Below are positions 10,101 to 18,455 of a stretch of DNA of 38,346 nt, piece after piece. Position 1 is the stretch's first letter. Each line of letters starts with the position of its first letter. The translations under genes and the position numbers were made by a program. The DNA is from a virus. Below the pieces are notes generated by a model. It did not search any database, was not told the DNA's origin, and saw only the letters and a list, made by a program, of their open reading frames with translations. The stretch lies in IMG/VR virus record IMGVR_UViG_3300022137_000001, positions 1 to 38,346 of that record; one strand, written 5' to 3'.

Positions 10101-11317
10101 TAACAAAAGAAATGGTTAAAGCCTGGAATAGTATGAAAAACAGCATTGTTTCAGCTGCGAAAAATATTAAGAAAGAATCAAGTAGCTATTTCAATCAATT
10201 AGGTGCTACCATTGGTGGTTTTTATCGAAAACTTCAAAATCCTAACCTTTGGGGTGCAGGACCATCTAATTCTGGTATGATGCAAAGAAACCGTGTAGTT
10301 GGTAGAGCAAGTAGTGGAGGTTCTAGTAGTGGAATGAGTGTAATGAGCAGAATATTGGCTTCAAGTATTCGTCGTGAAAAACATATACCTGAATATATTA
10401 GTACTGTTCAAGCTCAAACCATACCCTGCATAACCCCTGGAATCATTGAATATAATGCTAACAATGGAAGAATAAACACTACAGAACTTATACGCGGTGG
10501 CGTGGTAAGTCCAGATTGCTTACCAACTAACAGTAGAAGTGGTGCTGGTCCTTGGGAAAACACAGTATATCCAAATGTACGAAAAATTAAGGATACTGTG
10601 AATACTTGGAGTATGAAAGGACCAAGCATACATACAGGTGCCGGAAACGTTGATACGGGGCTTGCATTCAAAGTCCGTGATTTTGCAACAGGCACACCAA
10701 ACATTAGCTTTGATAGTTTCAAACAAATGGCACAAGCAATATTCCGTACAGTTCATTATGATCATTATAGTGATTCTGAAAAGTATGGGTCTTGGCAAAA
10801 TGCAATAGCTGCAGGTAAATGTAATTGTAGTGATGGAGCAGATGCACTATTGGCATTGGCTAATACTTGTGGTTTCTCAGGTGAAAAGGTTCATTGTTAT
10901 TGGGATGGTGAAGGTCATTTCTGTACCCGGATTAATGGGCAAATCATGGATACAACTGCAATGCAACAAAGAGGTACTTGGGTTTCTTCTGCTGTAACTG
11001 GTTATGGTAGTGGTCCTGCACCTAAACATGTTGGTCGTCAAACCGTGGCTCGTAGCAGTGGATTCACAGAATCAGAAACAGAAGATAACGGTTCAAATGG
11101 TGAATTCATATTAGGTGGCGAAATCACTGTAAAACATGAATTTGAAAACCTTCCTGAAAATGTTGATGAAGCAGCTATTGTTCAAATGATTCAAGAAACC
11201 ACCAACAGTGATGGTTGGATTAAGAATCTTGCAAACAATATCCGTTTCCAGGTTGCAGATGCAAAAGCAAAGACAAAGATTGAAAGAAGACAAAATCGTA
11301 GTCGAGGCATATCATGA
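7124..11317 (+). CDS. Tape measure protein with a C-terminal transglutaminase-like Cys-His-Asp module
   Basis: 1397 aa with a central hydrophobic block (IMIVVIAIAALIAILVYLYY). It has three ~43-aa tandem repeats (IS-x-LPGRVY...QWV-x-NAR-x-KAS, nt ~9182-9590). The C-terminus reads GKCNCSDGADALLALANTCGF...GEGHFCTRINGQIMDTTA. Confidence 0.85.
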   Translation: MVSQHIINVILKAEDQISQTVQKVKKQVDDFGSSSKQSFDKSTQSSKQFQESVDKIRNPLEKSKNTIKETGMVGRTAFLNMSNAEKQALMSLKTHEQRMQSLAQKIGVAGGGAVRASQQFQQIKLNPELLSDIQRANIKITEMGVDITSTRGKIMVLRTAISTSLVSTWDTVRAKVSTVASSIRTKLGSALDSVKSKVSAVGTSFQTMGGMIASAIGALGVNSVKDLTVGLSLSREKMSSLNTAIMGSKTASDALLGSIDTMTNSSVVSMDQMVNAMNKIKLSTSMSNEQLSGTKDVVMKLGEASMLMGNDTQTATYQMGEAFSGLNGDFQILKENFGITKDKMKQMGWSGEASDVEGYTHALEKCLSGLGDLGGVMDTTSGSIARVQKIFRTAGRQMGDQVTPYIKKACDEFIRLNDEMPGLTKGIIAAGGALAGFATVAPYINDFAKPISDSITSIRTIGETARDACGLIKDGFGAARTAIDLMRGATTLATLAEEGNAFASALLAAKDTALAAKNWLVAQSQAALNLVMDANPIMIVVIAIAALIAILVYLYYNNEQVHDAIDGLFAAMQGLGEWLMSNLVPAIQSFGELLMQIFEAITESEAFQFLVEILTIVADTIMQIIDLFTQFAEGQISLQDLLLGVGQALLDGYVNILTTILTTVANFVLQILTIAVQGAMNVVLGIISWISQIPFRVGNYILQTVTRIITGMAQWVANARAKASAMVSAVVSFISRLPGRVYGFIVNTATRIANGASQWVSNARSKASQVVSAVISHISQLPGRVYQEFINIGSRILSAGSDLVNKARQVGRNIVNGMLNAMGIHSPGIIQNKVTAEFENTLDNVANLTSKAENVGAAVGEGLVSSYSDFKLPEQTLTANVQTNTDTSNNNDEDSQEEVDNQNNTLNSMVANVNDKYNQMKSLAGIDLSQLQLMNTQAFTNIRANEMAQMNMMTNHINTSLLNILNYTRNGLNQAYNITRENLSKMQNSTTRITKEMVKAWNSMKNSIVSAAKNIKKESSSYFNQLGATIGGFYRKLQNPNLWGAGPSNSGMMQRNRVVGRASSGGSSSGMSVMSRILASSIRREKHIPEYISTVQAQTIPCITPGIIEYNANNGRINTTELIRGGVVSPDCLPTNSRSGAGPWENTVYPNVRKIKDTVNTWSMKGPSIHTGAGNVDTGLAFKVRDFATGTPNISFDSFKQMAQAIFRTVHYDHYSDSEKYGSWQNAIAAGKCNCSDGADALLALANTCGFSGEKVHCYWDGEGHFCTRINGQIMDTTAMQQRGTWVSSAVTGYGSGPAPKHVGRQTVARSSGFTESETEDNGSNGEFILGGEITVKHEFENLPENVDEAAIVQMIQETTNSDGWIKNLANNIRFQVADAKAKTKIERRQNRSRGIS

Positions 11318-13494
11318 AAAAATATACGGTCTATCCTGATGATACAAGAGGGATAGGTAATATAATGAATACAATAAGTAGTGTAGAAGAGATGAGTGGG
11401 AGTAATTGTACTCCTACTCTCACCGATACTACTTTAAATTATGATAATATTAATTTTCCAGTTTTTGAAATAAAATTAAAAGGTGAAACAGCATTACTCA
11501 CAATAGACAACACACAAGAAGAAGGTACTTATAAATGGAGTGTAATGCCTTCTACTGACATGGAACTGGTTGCAACATTAAAAGATACAAATAATGAGCC
11601 TATTACTGGTGTTGATGTCTATTTCTATGAAAATGATGTACTGATAGGTTCCAGTGAAACTGTTGAAGGTACATGTTCTTGCACTTACAATACAGATTTA
11701 AGTGGAGATCATACAATTGTTGTTAAAACCTATGATGAGTTGGAATATGATGCTACAAGTACCAGTGTTCATATTTTTGTTTATTATAATACCAGTCTAG
11801 GTTTAACGGTTCAACCAACGGTGATTGATTCAGCAGATACAATAAATATCTATGCCTCTCTTGTAAATGAATACACTTCAGAGGGGGTAGTTGGTGAAAC
11901 AGTTGATTTCTACAACAACGGTACATTATTGGGTTCAGGTATTACTGAAAACGATGGTGTAGCTACTTATACTGTCAATGCGCATGACTTGAAAACTGTT
12001 AGTGACAATGTTAATTTTCAAGCAAAATTTAGCAAGACGGCACAGTATCTTGCTTCAGAATCTAGTAGCTTTGAAACTACTATAAATCTCAGTAAACCTT
12101 CAATTATTTTACAGTACCCTATACAACAATATAAGCAAGGAGATACTGTCTCTTTAACTGTTGTTGTAACTGATAAGCATAGTGTAAGATTGGAAGGAAT
12201 ACAATTACAGATTAATATAAATGGTGTTGAATATACTGGTGTTACAGATGAAAGTGGAGAATATAGTATGGATTATGTTTTCCCTTCAACAGAAGACCTT
12301 ACAGTAAATATTTCAAATGTTGAAGATAATTTCTATCAATCAACAAGTATTACTAATACCGTGAAATGTGGTAAACTCACAACTTCCACCAATCTTTCCT
12401 TGAATGCTAGTAGTAATGAAATTAGTTTTGTTGAAGACTATTCACTTGTTGCTACAGTCATAGCAAGTGATGAATCAATAGTTACTGGTGATGTGGTATT
12501 CTATGAAGACGATAACATCATAGGTACTGTAGCACTAAGTAATGGTGTTGCCTCATTAACATATCAGAACAGTACTATTGGAGAACATACCTATTATGCC
12601 GTTTTTAACGAAACAGACAATTATCTAAGTTCTACTAGTAATGAATCATCTATTACTATAATTAAAGATACTCCTAAAATCTCCTTACTTACTGGAGATT
12701 TATACACTGGTTGGGAAACTGTATGTTTCTTAACTGATAGTGCAGGTACACCTCTTTCAAATAAAAATGTGGTAATTTCAGTTTCTTCAAATAATTCTTC
12801 ATTCTCAGATTATTCAAAAACAACCTCTGATGAAGGAAAAGCTAGTCTAAATATGAACTGGAATCCTTGTACCGCCTATGCAAAATACGTTTTCAATGGA
12901 GATTCACAGTACAATCCAGTTTCACTAAATTCAACATTCAAAATCAAAGACCCTCTTTCACAAACAAAATATCCCGGCACTATTACAAGTGTACCTGCAA
13001 CAGATAGTGATGGTAAAAGGGCATGGGACGATAAAACTTGTACAAGCGATTCTGATACACTTGTCTGTAATGATATTACAGGTAGCAACGGTTCCTATCC
13101 AACACCTGCAAAAATACAGAAAAATAACGGGTCTTGGGGATTCACAATACCCGAAGATGCTACTGTAACTAAAATTGTTGTCTCATGGAAAGCGAAAAAT
13201 GGTACTAAAAGTAGTGTGAGTGCTTGTATTAATATTCCAGCTGCAAACTTTACAATATATAATGTAGGTTCATCTAATCTAACAGGCAAGGGTGTTGTGG
13301 GAGGTAAAAATACTTATACAACAAGTACAATCACTTTAACAAGCCTAAATGGAGCTACACCTACACAAATCAACGATAAAATGAGTTTCACATTGTTCAC
13401 AGACAAAAAGAACACAACAGGAAATACCGGTTCTTTCTACATCATGGGCTTAAAAATGATTGTTTATTATATTCCTAAACAGGGAGATGTATAG
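11314..13494 (+). CDS. Virion adhesin-like protein with about five tandem Ig-like repeats plus a C-terminal beta-sandwich domain
   Basis: ATGA overlap with the tape measure gene. Repeats are visible by eye (DVYFYENDVLIGSS...; TVDFYNNGTLLGSG...DGVATYTV; DVVFYEDDNIIGTVALSNGVASLTY). Confidence 0.65.
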   Translation: MKKYTVYPDDTRGIGNIMNTISSVEEMSGSNCTPTLTDTTLNYDNINFPVFEIKLKGETALLTIDNTQEEGTYKWSVMPSTDMELVATLKDTNNEPITGVDVYFYENDVLIGSSETVEGTCSCTYNTDLSGDHTIVVKTYDELEYDATSTSVHIFVYYNTSLGLTVQPTVIDSADTINIYASLVNEYTSEGVVGETVDFYNNGTLLGSGITENDGVATYTVNAHDLKTVSDNVNFQAKFSKTAQYLASESSSFETTINLSKPSIILQYPIQQYKQGDTVSLTVVVTDKHSVRLEGIQLQININGVEYTGVTDESGEYSMDYVFPSTEDLTVNISNVEDNFYQSTSITNTVKCGKLTTSTNLSLNASSNEISFVEDYSLVATVIASDESIVTGDVVFYEDDNIIGTVALSNGVASLTYQNSTIGEHTYYAVFNETDNYLSSTSNESSITIIKDTPKISLLTGDLYTGWETVCFLTDSAGTPLSNKNVVISVSSNNSSFSDYSKTTSDEGKASLNMNWNPCTAYAKYVFNGDSQYNPVSLNSTFKIKDPLSQTKYPGTITSVPATDSDGKRAWDDKTCTSDSDTLVCNDITGSNGSYPTPAKIQKNNGSWGFTIPEDATVTKIVVSWKAKNGTKSSVSACINIPAANFTIYNVGSSNLTGKGVVGGKNTYTTSTITLTSLNGATPTQINDKMSFTLFTDKKNTTGNTGSFYIMGLKMIVYYIPKQGDV

Positions 13495-13495
13495 C

Positions 13496-16321
13496 ATGGT
13501 TACTGTAACAGGATATGCAGGAAGTATAAGTCAAACCGAAGGAAAATACTCCAGCACAAAATACTATCGAAAATGGAATCAGACAGATAATCTCAAAAAA
13601 AGCGGTTCTACCATATACTGTGGCGCTTTATCAAACAATAACAACAATACTTTGATTGGTAGTAAAGCTGGTACATGGAATCGTCCTTCAACAATTAGTC
13701 TTAAAAACTTCGGATTCAACATACCTGAGGGTGCAAGAATTACAAGGATACGTGTTGGCTATTCACATTGGAGAGTAAAATACGGAGGTGCATATGGTAG
13801 TTTCCCTGCACCAACAATATCACTTTTAAACACAAAATATTCAAAAAAAGGTTATAGTTTACCTTTCGATACAAATAAAAGTAAAAGCTTTGTTACTGAT
13901 TTTACAGGTCAATTCACATCAAGTATGATTAATAATGCCAATTTTGGTGTGAAAATTAACTATCCTGCAAATACAAGTAGTAATGTTTGTAGAATAGCAT
14001 TACAGAATGTTTTTATACAGATTACATATGAAACACAGGAAGTATACATTAATGTTTCTTCTACTGAGGAAGAAGTATATGTTAATGAAGAAACAAGTCT
14101 ACTTTTAACTGTTTCAAGTAAAAATGGCAGTATATCGTCCTATACCTCCAAGGTAGAATTCACATTACCAACAGGAATAACATTCACTGGAAAAACTGAC
14201 GGTGTAGGAACATTTACACAAACAGGACAAAAAGTAGTGTGGACTGGAAACTTCAATAATTCCAAAAGCATAAATGTAACTTTTAACGTGAAATCAACAA
14301 GTACTGGCTCAAAACTTATAACTTTTCAAGAAACAGGATCTCTTGCTTCAACAAAAATACATTTAACAATACTTGAAAATAATGCAAAGTTAACATGTGA
14401 TTATATAGCTATTCATGAAGAAAAAGAAGAATTCCAGATTAACTTTGATATTACTGCAAATGAAATAGGATTACCTGCTAACGATGTAACCGTAAATTTT
14501 CCAGAAACATTTACTATACTTGATGTGGAATCTGAAGATGTTGTGATACCTGTAGGTGTTAATAATTCATTCACATTTTCAACAAATTTTACAGAACAAA
14601 CAAATAATTTCATTAGTTTTACAGTTTCATGTTCAACTGCAGGTCTACAATCATTTAGCACTATTTTTAATGGTAAAACTGTTAATTATCAAGTTAAAAT
14701 TAAACCTTCAAATCTTACAATTCCTTATTATGCTTGTATAAGACTTAATGAAGAGGAATTAGACCGTCTAGGTGATGGTAAAACCTATACAATTACAAGC
14801 ATAATGAAAATTATAATTGATGAAGAAAATCTTAGTCTATTTGACCCTTACGATTATAATTACCGTGTAGGTGTTTTTAACGCAATGGAAAATGAAAACT
14901 ATACCTCTATAGATTATCTTTCAAATTCACGGTGGAGTGAACCTGTAAGTGAAGCTAACAGTGAAGAAGAAATATCCTTAACATTTGATTACTGCAAAGG
15001 TTACCCTGTCATTATTTTCATCACTGGAGAATATATTGAAGCAAATGCAAGAGCCGTAAAACTACAATATACTCACCCTGTAGTGATGGAGAAGCAATTC
15101 ATGGAAAACCTGGAAGAACCAGGACTATTTCCATATCCACTAAAAAAGTTGGCTTCCGTTGAAGAATACTGTATTACGGAGTTAAAAACTCAGAAAATAA
15201 CAAACAATATCCGTGCCTACAAAATGGATATGTCTGGTTTGATTGTTAATGAAAACACAGTAGTTCAAGGTGTAACTGTTGATTTTGATATAATCTGTGA
15301 TTCAGAATTCTCATTACTAATGAAACTAATTACAAATGACAAGACTGGTCAGAGAAGTATTAACATCAATGAAACAACAGGTTCTGCAAGTTTAGGTGGA
15401 GAATTCGACCTTTGGGGATTAGATTTTGAAGATTTCTTAGAAGACAACCTAGAAAACGTAGAATTAGAAATCAATCTCAGTAATCCTTTTAACCATGATG
15501 CACACATTGAAATTAACAATCTCCATGTAACATTCCATTATATCGAAGTTGCTGATTCAGTTGTAAAAGCATATGTCAATGGAAAAGACCTTCGTTATTA
15601 CAATATGTTCCTTGAATCTGTAACAGTACCAGCTGGTACTGAAAACGAGGTGAAATATCTTAATGTTGATGGTACAGATTCAACATTAGCATATAGATCC
15701 AACATCCAAAAAAAGAAAATCACAATAAAATTCATTGTTGGTGGTTGTGATTTAACCGAAACATCAAAGTTCATGGAAAGAATAGGTCGTTTGTTTTCTA
15801 ATGAAAGGGACAAATTCAATAAACCAATACTAAACAGTATTGAATTCAGTAACTATCCAGACCGTGTATGGTACTTCTTAATGGAAGATGCTATAGATGC
15901 CGATGTAGAATTTGCCGAGTATGAAGGAAAAATAGAATTAATCGTACCTGCAGGAACAAGCTACAATAAAAACATGACAATAACCAATGCGTGTGGAGTA
16001 AATAGCAGTATAGCAAAAATAAACCCAGAACTATATATTCTTGCTAATGATGATGAAATCTCAATTACAGAGGAAAATTCACAACAAAAATTCATAATCC
16101 ATGGTGAAGACCTCTCAGGACAACTGCTAAGGATTGATTGTGCAAATAGAAAAGTCTACAAACTAACTGAAAGTAGCGATGTAACTGGTGAATATATTAA
16201 CACGGATATTACAGATGAAGTGGACTTTAATTCCGATTGGTTCATTGTTTATGGTGAATATAACTTCAGTTGCAATAATACAGCTAATATTCAGTCTGTT
16301 AGATTCTTTGAAAGGTGGTAG
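13496..16321 (+). CDS. Distal tail protein (Dit-like domain at the C-terminus) with a long N-terminal beta-sandwich extension
   Basis: ATG at 13496 follows ggagatgtatagc. The C-terminal segment VKAYVNGKDLRYYNMF...IEFSNYPDRVWYFLMED resembles siphovirus tail component (Dit) proteins. Confidence 0.55.
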   Translation: MVTVTGYAGSISQTEGKYSSTKYYRKWNQTDNLKKSGSTIYCGALSNNNNNTLIGSKAGTWNRPSTISLKNFGFNIPEGARITRIRVGYSHWRVKYGGAYGSFPAPTISLLNTKYSKKGYSLPFDTNKSKSFVTDFTGQFTSSMINNANFGVKINYPANTSSNVCRIALQNVFIQITYETQEVYINVSSTEEEVYVNEETSLLLTVSSKNGSISSYTSKVEFTLPTGITFTGKTDGVGTFTQTGQKVVWTGNFNNSKSINVTFNVKSTSTGSKLITFQETGSLASTKIHLTILENNAKLTCDYIAIHEEKEEFQINFDITANEIGLPANDVTVNFPETFTILDVESEDVVIPVGVNNSFTFSTNFTEQTNNFISFTVSCSTAGLQSFSTIFNGKTVNYQVKIKPSNLTIPYYACIRLNEEELDRLGDGKTYTITSIMKIIIDEENLSLFDPYDYNYRVGVFNAMENENYTSIDYLSNSRWSEPVSEANSEEEISLTFDYCKGYPVIIFITGEYIEANARAVKLQYTHPVVMEKQFMENLEEPGLFPYPLKKLASVEEYCITELKTQKITNNIRAYKMDMSGLIVNENTVVQGVTVDFDIICDSEFSLLMKLITNDKTGQRSININETTGSASLGGEFDLWGLDFEDFLEDNLENVELEINLSNPFNHDAHIEINNLHVTFHYIEVADSVVKAYVNGKDLRYYNMFLESVTVPAGTENEVKYLNVDGTDSTLAYRSNIQKKKITIKFIVGGCDLTETSKFMERIGRLFSNERDKFNKPILNSIEFSNYPDRVWYFLMEDAIDADVEFAEYEGKIELIVPAGTSYNKNMTITNACGVNSSIAKINPELYILANDDEISITEENSQQKFIIHGEDLSGQLLRIDCANRKVYKLTESSDVTGEYINTDITDEVDFNSDWFIVYGEYNFSCNNTANIQSVRFFERW

Positions 16322-16323
16322 TT

Positions 16324-18420
16324 ATGGGTTTTACAGTAATTGTTCTAGATCAAGACGAAAATCCATTGGAATATCTTGATTCTGAAAATCTTGAAATTGA
16401 ACAGACAAGTGAAGTTGGAGAATTACAGACTCTCACTATCACTTATCCACTTGATGATGAAGATATAAACAAAACAAGAAAACTATTCAAAATAGGTAAC
16501 AAGATGTGGATTCCAGGTACAAACGGTTTAGATCCTTGCCTTTATGTAATCTCAAACAGTACAAAATATGATTATTGGGACAAAAACCACATAGAAATAG
16601 AATTGGAAGAGGTGCTTGTTGAACTAAATTATGTTGAATTATTCAAACAATATTCAGCTGAAACCAAAACCATTAACAGAACATTACTTGAAGAACAATT
16701 CGGCAGCTATTTCAATATAGGTACAGTAGAATCAGCACTTGGAAGTCGTGGAAGCGTAGCATTAAACGGTACAATGACCAAACTAGAACTTCTAAGATAC
16801 ATTGAGGAAGAAACTAGTAATGTATTCCAAACAAGATATGTGAAAGACCCCGAGAAAAACTTAATACATCGTTATCTTGATTTCCTACAACCCTCAAACG
16901 TTGGTGAAGAACATGATACAGTTATAGATCTAAGTTTTAATGCTGAAAATATTGAATATGAAATCGATGAATCAGACACTTATCGTGCTATTGCTCCAGA
17001 ATTCAGTTTAAACAGTAACACAAATAGTAGTGGTGGTAGTGTAGCTGCAGAAATAACACGTACAGATTTACAAGGCATAATTGACAACTGGAGCAAACTT
17101 GCAGTAACTAAAGGTCAAAGCATACCTATGATAATAGAAAAACAGACCTCAACTGACTCAAACGGTAACACTACTGAATCAGAAATAACAACGGCATATT
17201 GGGCTGCACCATTCAGCAAAACTGCAGGAACACTCTATATCAAAGATGATGTGGACACGGGTGTGGAATATCAGGAAATATATTCACATCCAGATGCAAC
17301 GACAAAGGTTTCAACACCTAAGATAGGCACTATACAAACTTCAGAAACAAACCCGTACGTGATCTATAATAGATGTGCAAATACCTTGATTGATAAAAGG
17401 TATCCTGAAATCAATCTTGATGTTGAATTAAAGGATATTGAACAAGTTACAGAAAATAATAACAGTTTCAGTATCTATGACCGTGTATATGTGAAAATAC
17501 CCGATTATGAGAAATTAATCCGTGCACAAGTACTGAAAATAGTTAAAAATCCTCAAATGCCAGGAGAAACGAAGATTACATTAGGCAATGCTGACATTGG
17601 AACAAGAATAAATCAAGTCGCAACAACAATAGAAGCCAAATCAACATATACAATTAAAAAAGGGCAGTATGTTACTGCAAAACTTAAAAATGCAGATGGA
17701 CCATTAACCAGTAAATATTGTTCTATAACAGTTATAAAAGATTCATCAACATTAACATCATCTAAAACATCATACAAGACAGTTTCAAACACTACTCAGA
17801 AAGTAGAATATTCTTACAGTAAATGTGGTGTAAGTAGTGATAAAAAAACTATTATGGCAATAGGAAAACCTTCAACCGCTGCTGAATCTTCAAGATGGGC
17901 TTATACATACTGGAAAAGTGTTTTCAAGAATCGTTGCCCTCATTGTGGACATGCAAGTCTTGTATGGGACATTTGGTGGGCTGGAAAAAACACCAATTAT
18001 GGATATTCAAGTTGCCGTGGAAACAGTGAAGGAGGGTCTGTTGAAGGTCACATCTTCTGCAAACATTGTGACGCAGATTATGGGGTTGTTGGTGGAAATG
18101 AACATTATAGCTGGAGTAACTATAAACTTACACGTGTTTCCGGTCCAGTTCGTAGTAGTGAATCAGAAGCTAACAAACTTAAAAATGGTAAAATGGTGAA
18201 AATAACCAAAACAACCACATCAAAGAAAGTTCCAAATACCACAACAACAACTTCAACAGATAAAGGTTTCACCAAAGCATACAGTAAGAAAACAGACGGT
18301 AACGGAGATTTTAGCTTAAAAATAAATCTTGCCAAAGGGGAATACACAATAAAATTCAACTTTGGTGGGGATATAGAAAATGCTGCTTCAAGCAAAGAGG
18401 CAAAATTGATTGTTAAATAA
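16324..18420 (+). CDS. Tail-tip protein (Tal / prophage tail endopeptidase-like N-domain) with an inserted zinc ribbon and a C-terminal Ig-like domain
   Basis: MGFTVIVLDQDENPLEYLDSENLEIEQTSEVGELQTLTITYPLDDE resembles the N-terminus of phage minor structural / tail endopeptidase proteins. CPHC...CKHC lies at 17935-18069. Confidence 0.55.
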   Translation: MGFTVIVLDQDENPLEYLDSENLEIEQTSEVGELQTLTITYPLDDEDINKTRKLFKIGNKMWIPGTNGLDPCLYVISNSTKYDYWDKNHIEIELEEVLVELNYVELFKQYSAETKTINRTLLEEQFGSYFNIGTVESALGSRGSVALNGTMTKLELLRYIEEETSNVFQTRYVKDPEKNLIHRYLDFLQPSNVGEEHDTVIDLSFNAENIEYEIDESDTYRAIAPEFSLNSNTNSSGGSVAAEITRTDLQGIIDNWSKLAVTKGQSIPMIIEKQTSTDSNGNTTESEITTAYWAAPFSKTAGTLYIKDDVDTGVEYQEIYSHPDATTKVSTPKIGTIQTSETNPYVIYNRCANTLIDKRYPEINLDVELKDIEQVTENNNSFSIYDRVYVKIPDYEKLIRAQVLKIVKNPQMPGETKITLGNADIGTRINQVATTIEAKSTYTIKKGQYVTAKLKNADGPLTSKYCSITVIKDSSTLTSSKTSYKTVSNTTQKVEYSYSKCGVSSDKKTIMAIGKPSTAAESSRWAYTYWKSVFKNRCPHCGHASLVWDIWWAGKNTNYGYSSCRGNSEGGSVEGHIFCKHCDADYGVVGGNEHYSWSNYKLTRVSGPVRSSESEANKLKNGKMVKITKTTTSKKVPNTTTTTSTDKGFTKAYSKKTDGNGDFSLKINLAKGEYTIKFNFGGDIENAASSKEAKLIVK

Positions 18421-18455
18421 AAAATATTTTTTATTATTTTTTTTTAGGTGGTAAA

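Noticed and set aside
11314-13494. Diversity-generating retroelement targeting the Ig-repeat adhesin
   Set aside because: No reverse transcriptase-sized ORF exists anywhere in the genome. I saw no nucleotide-level template/variable repeat pair.
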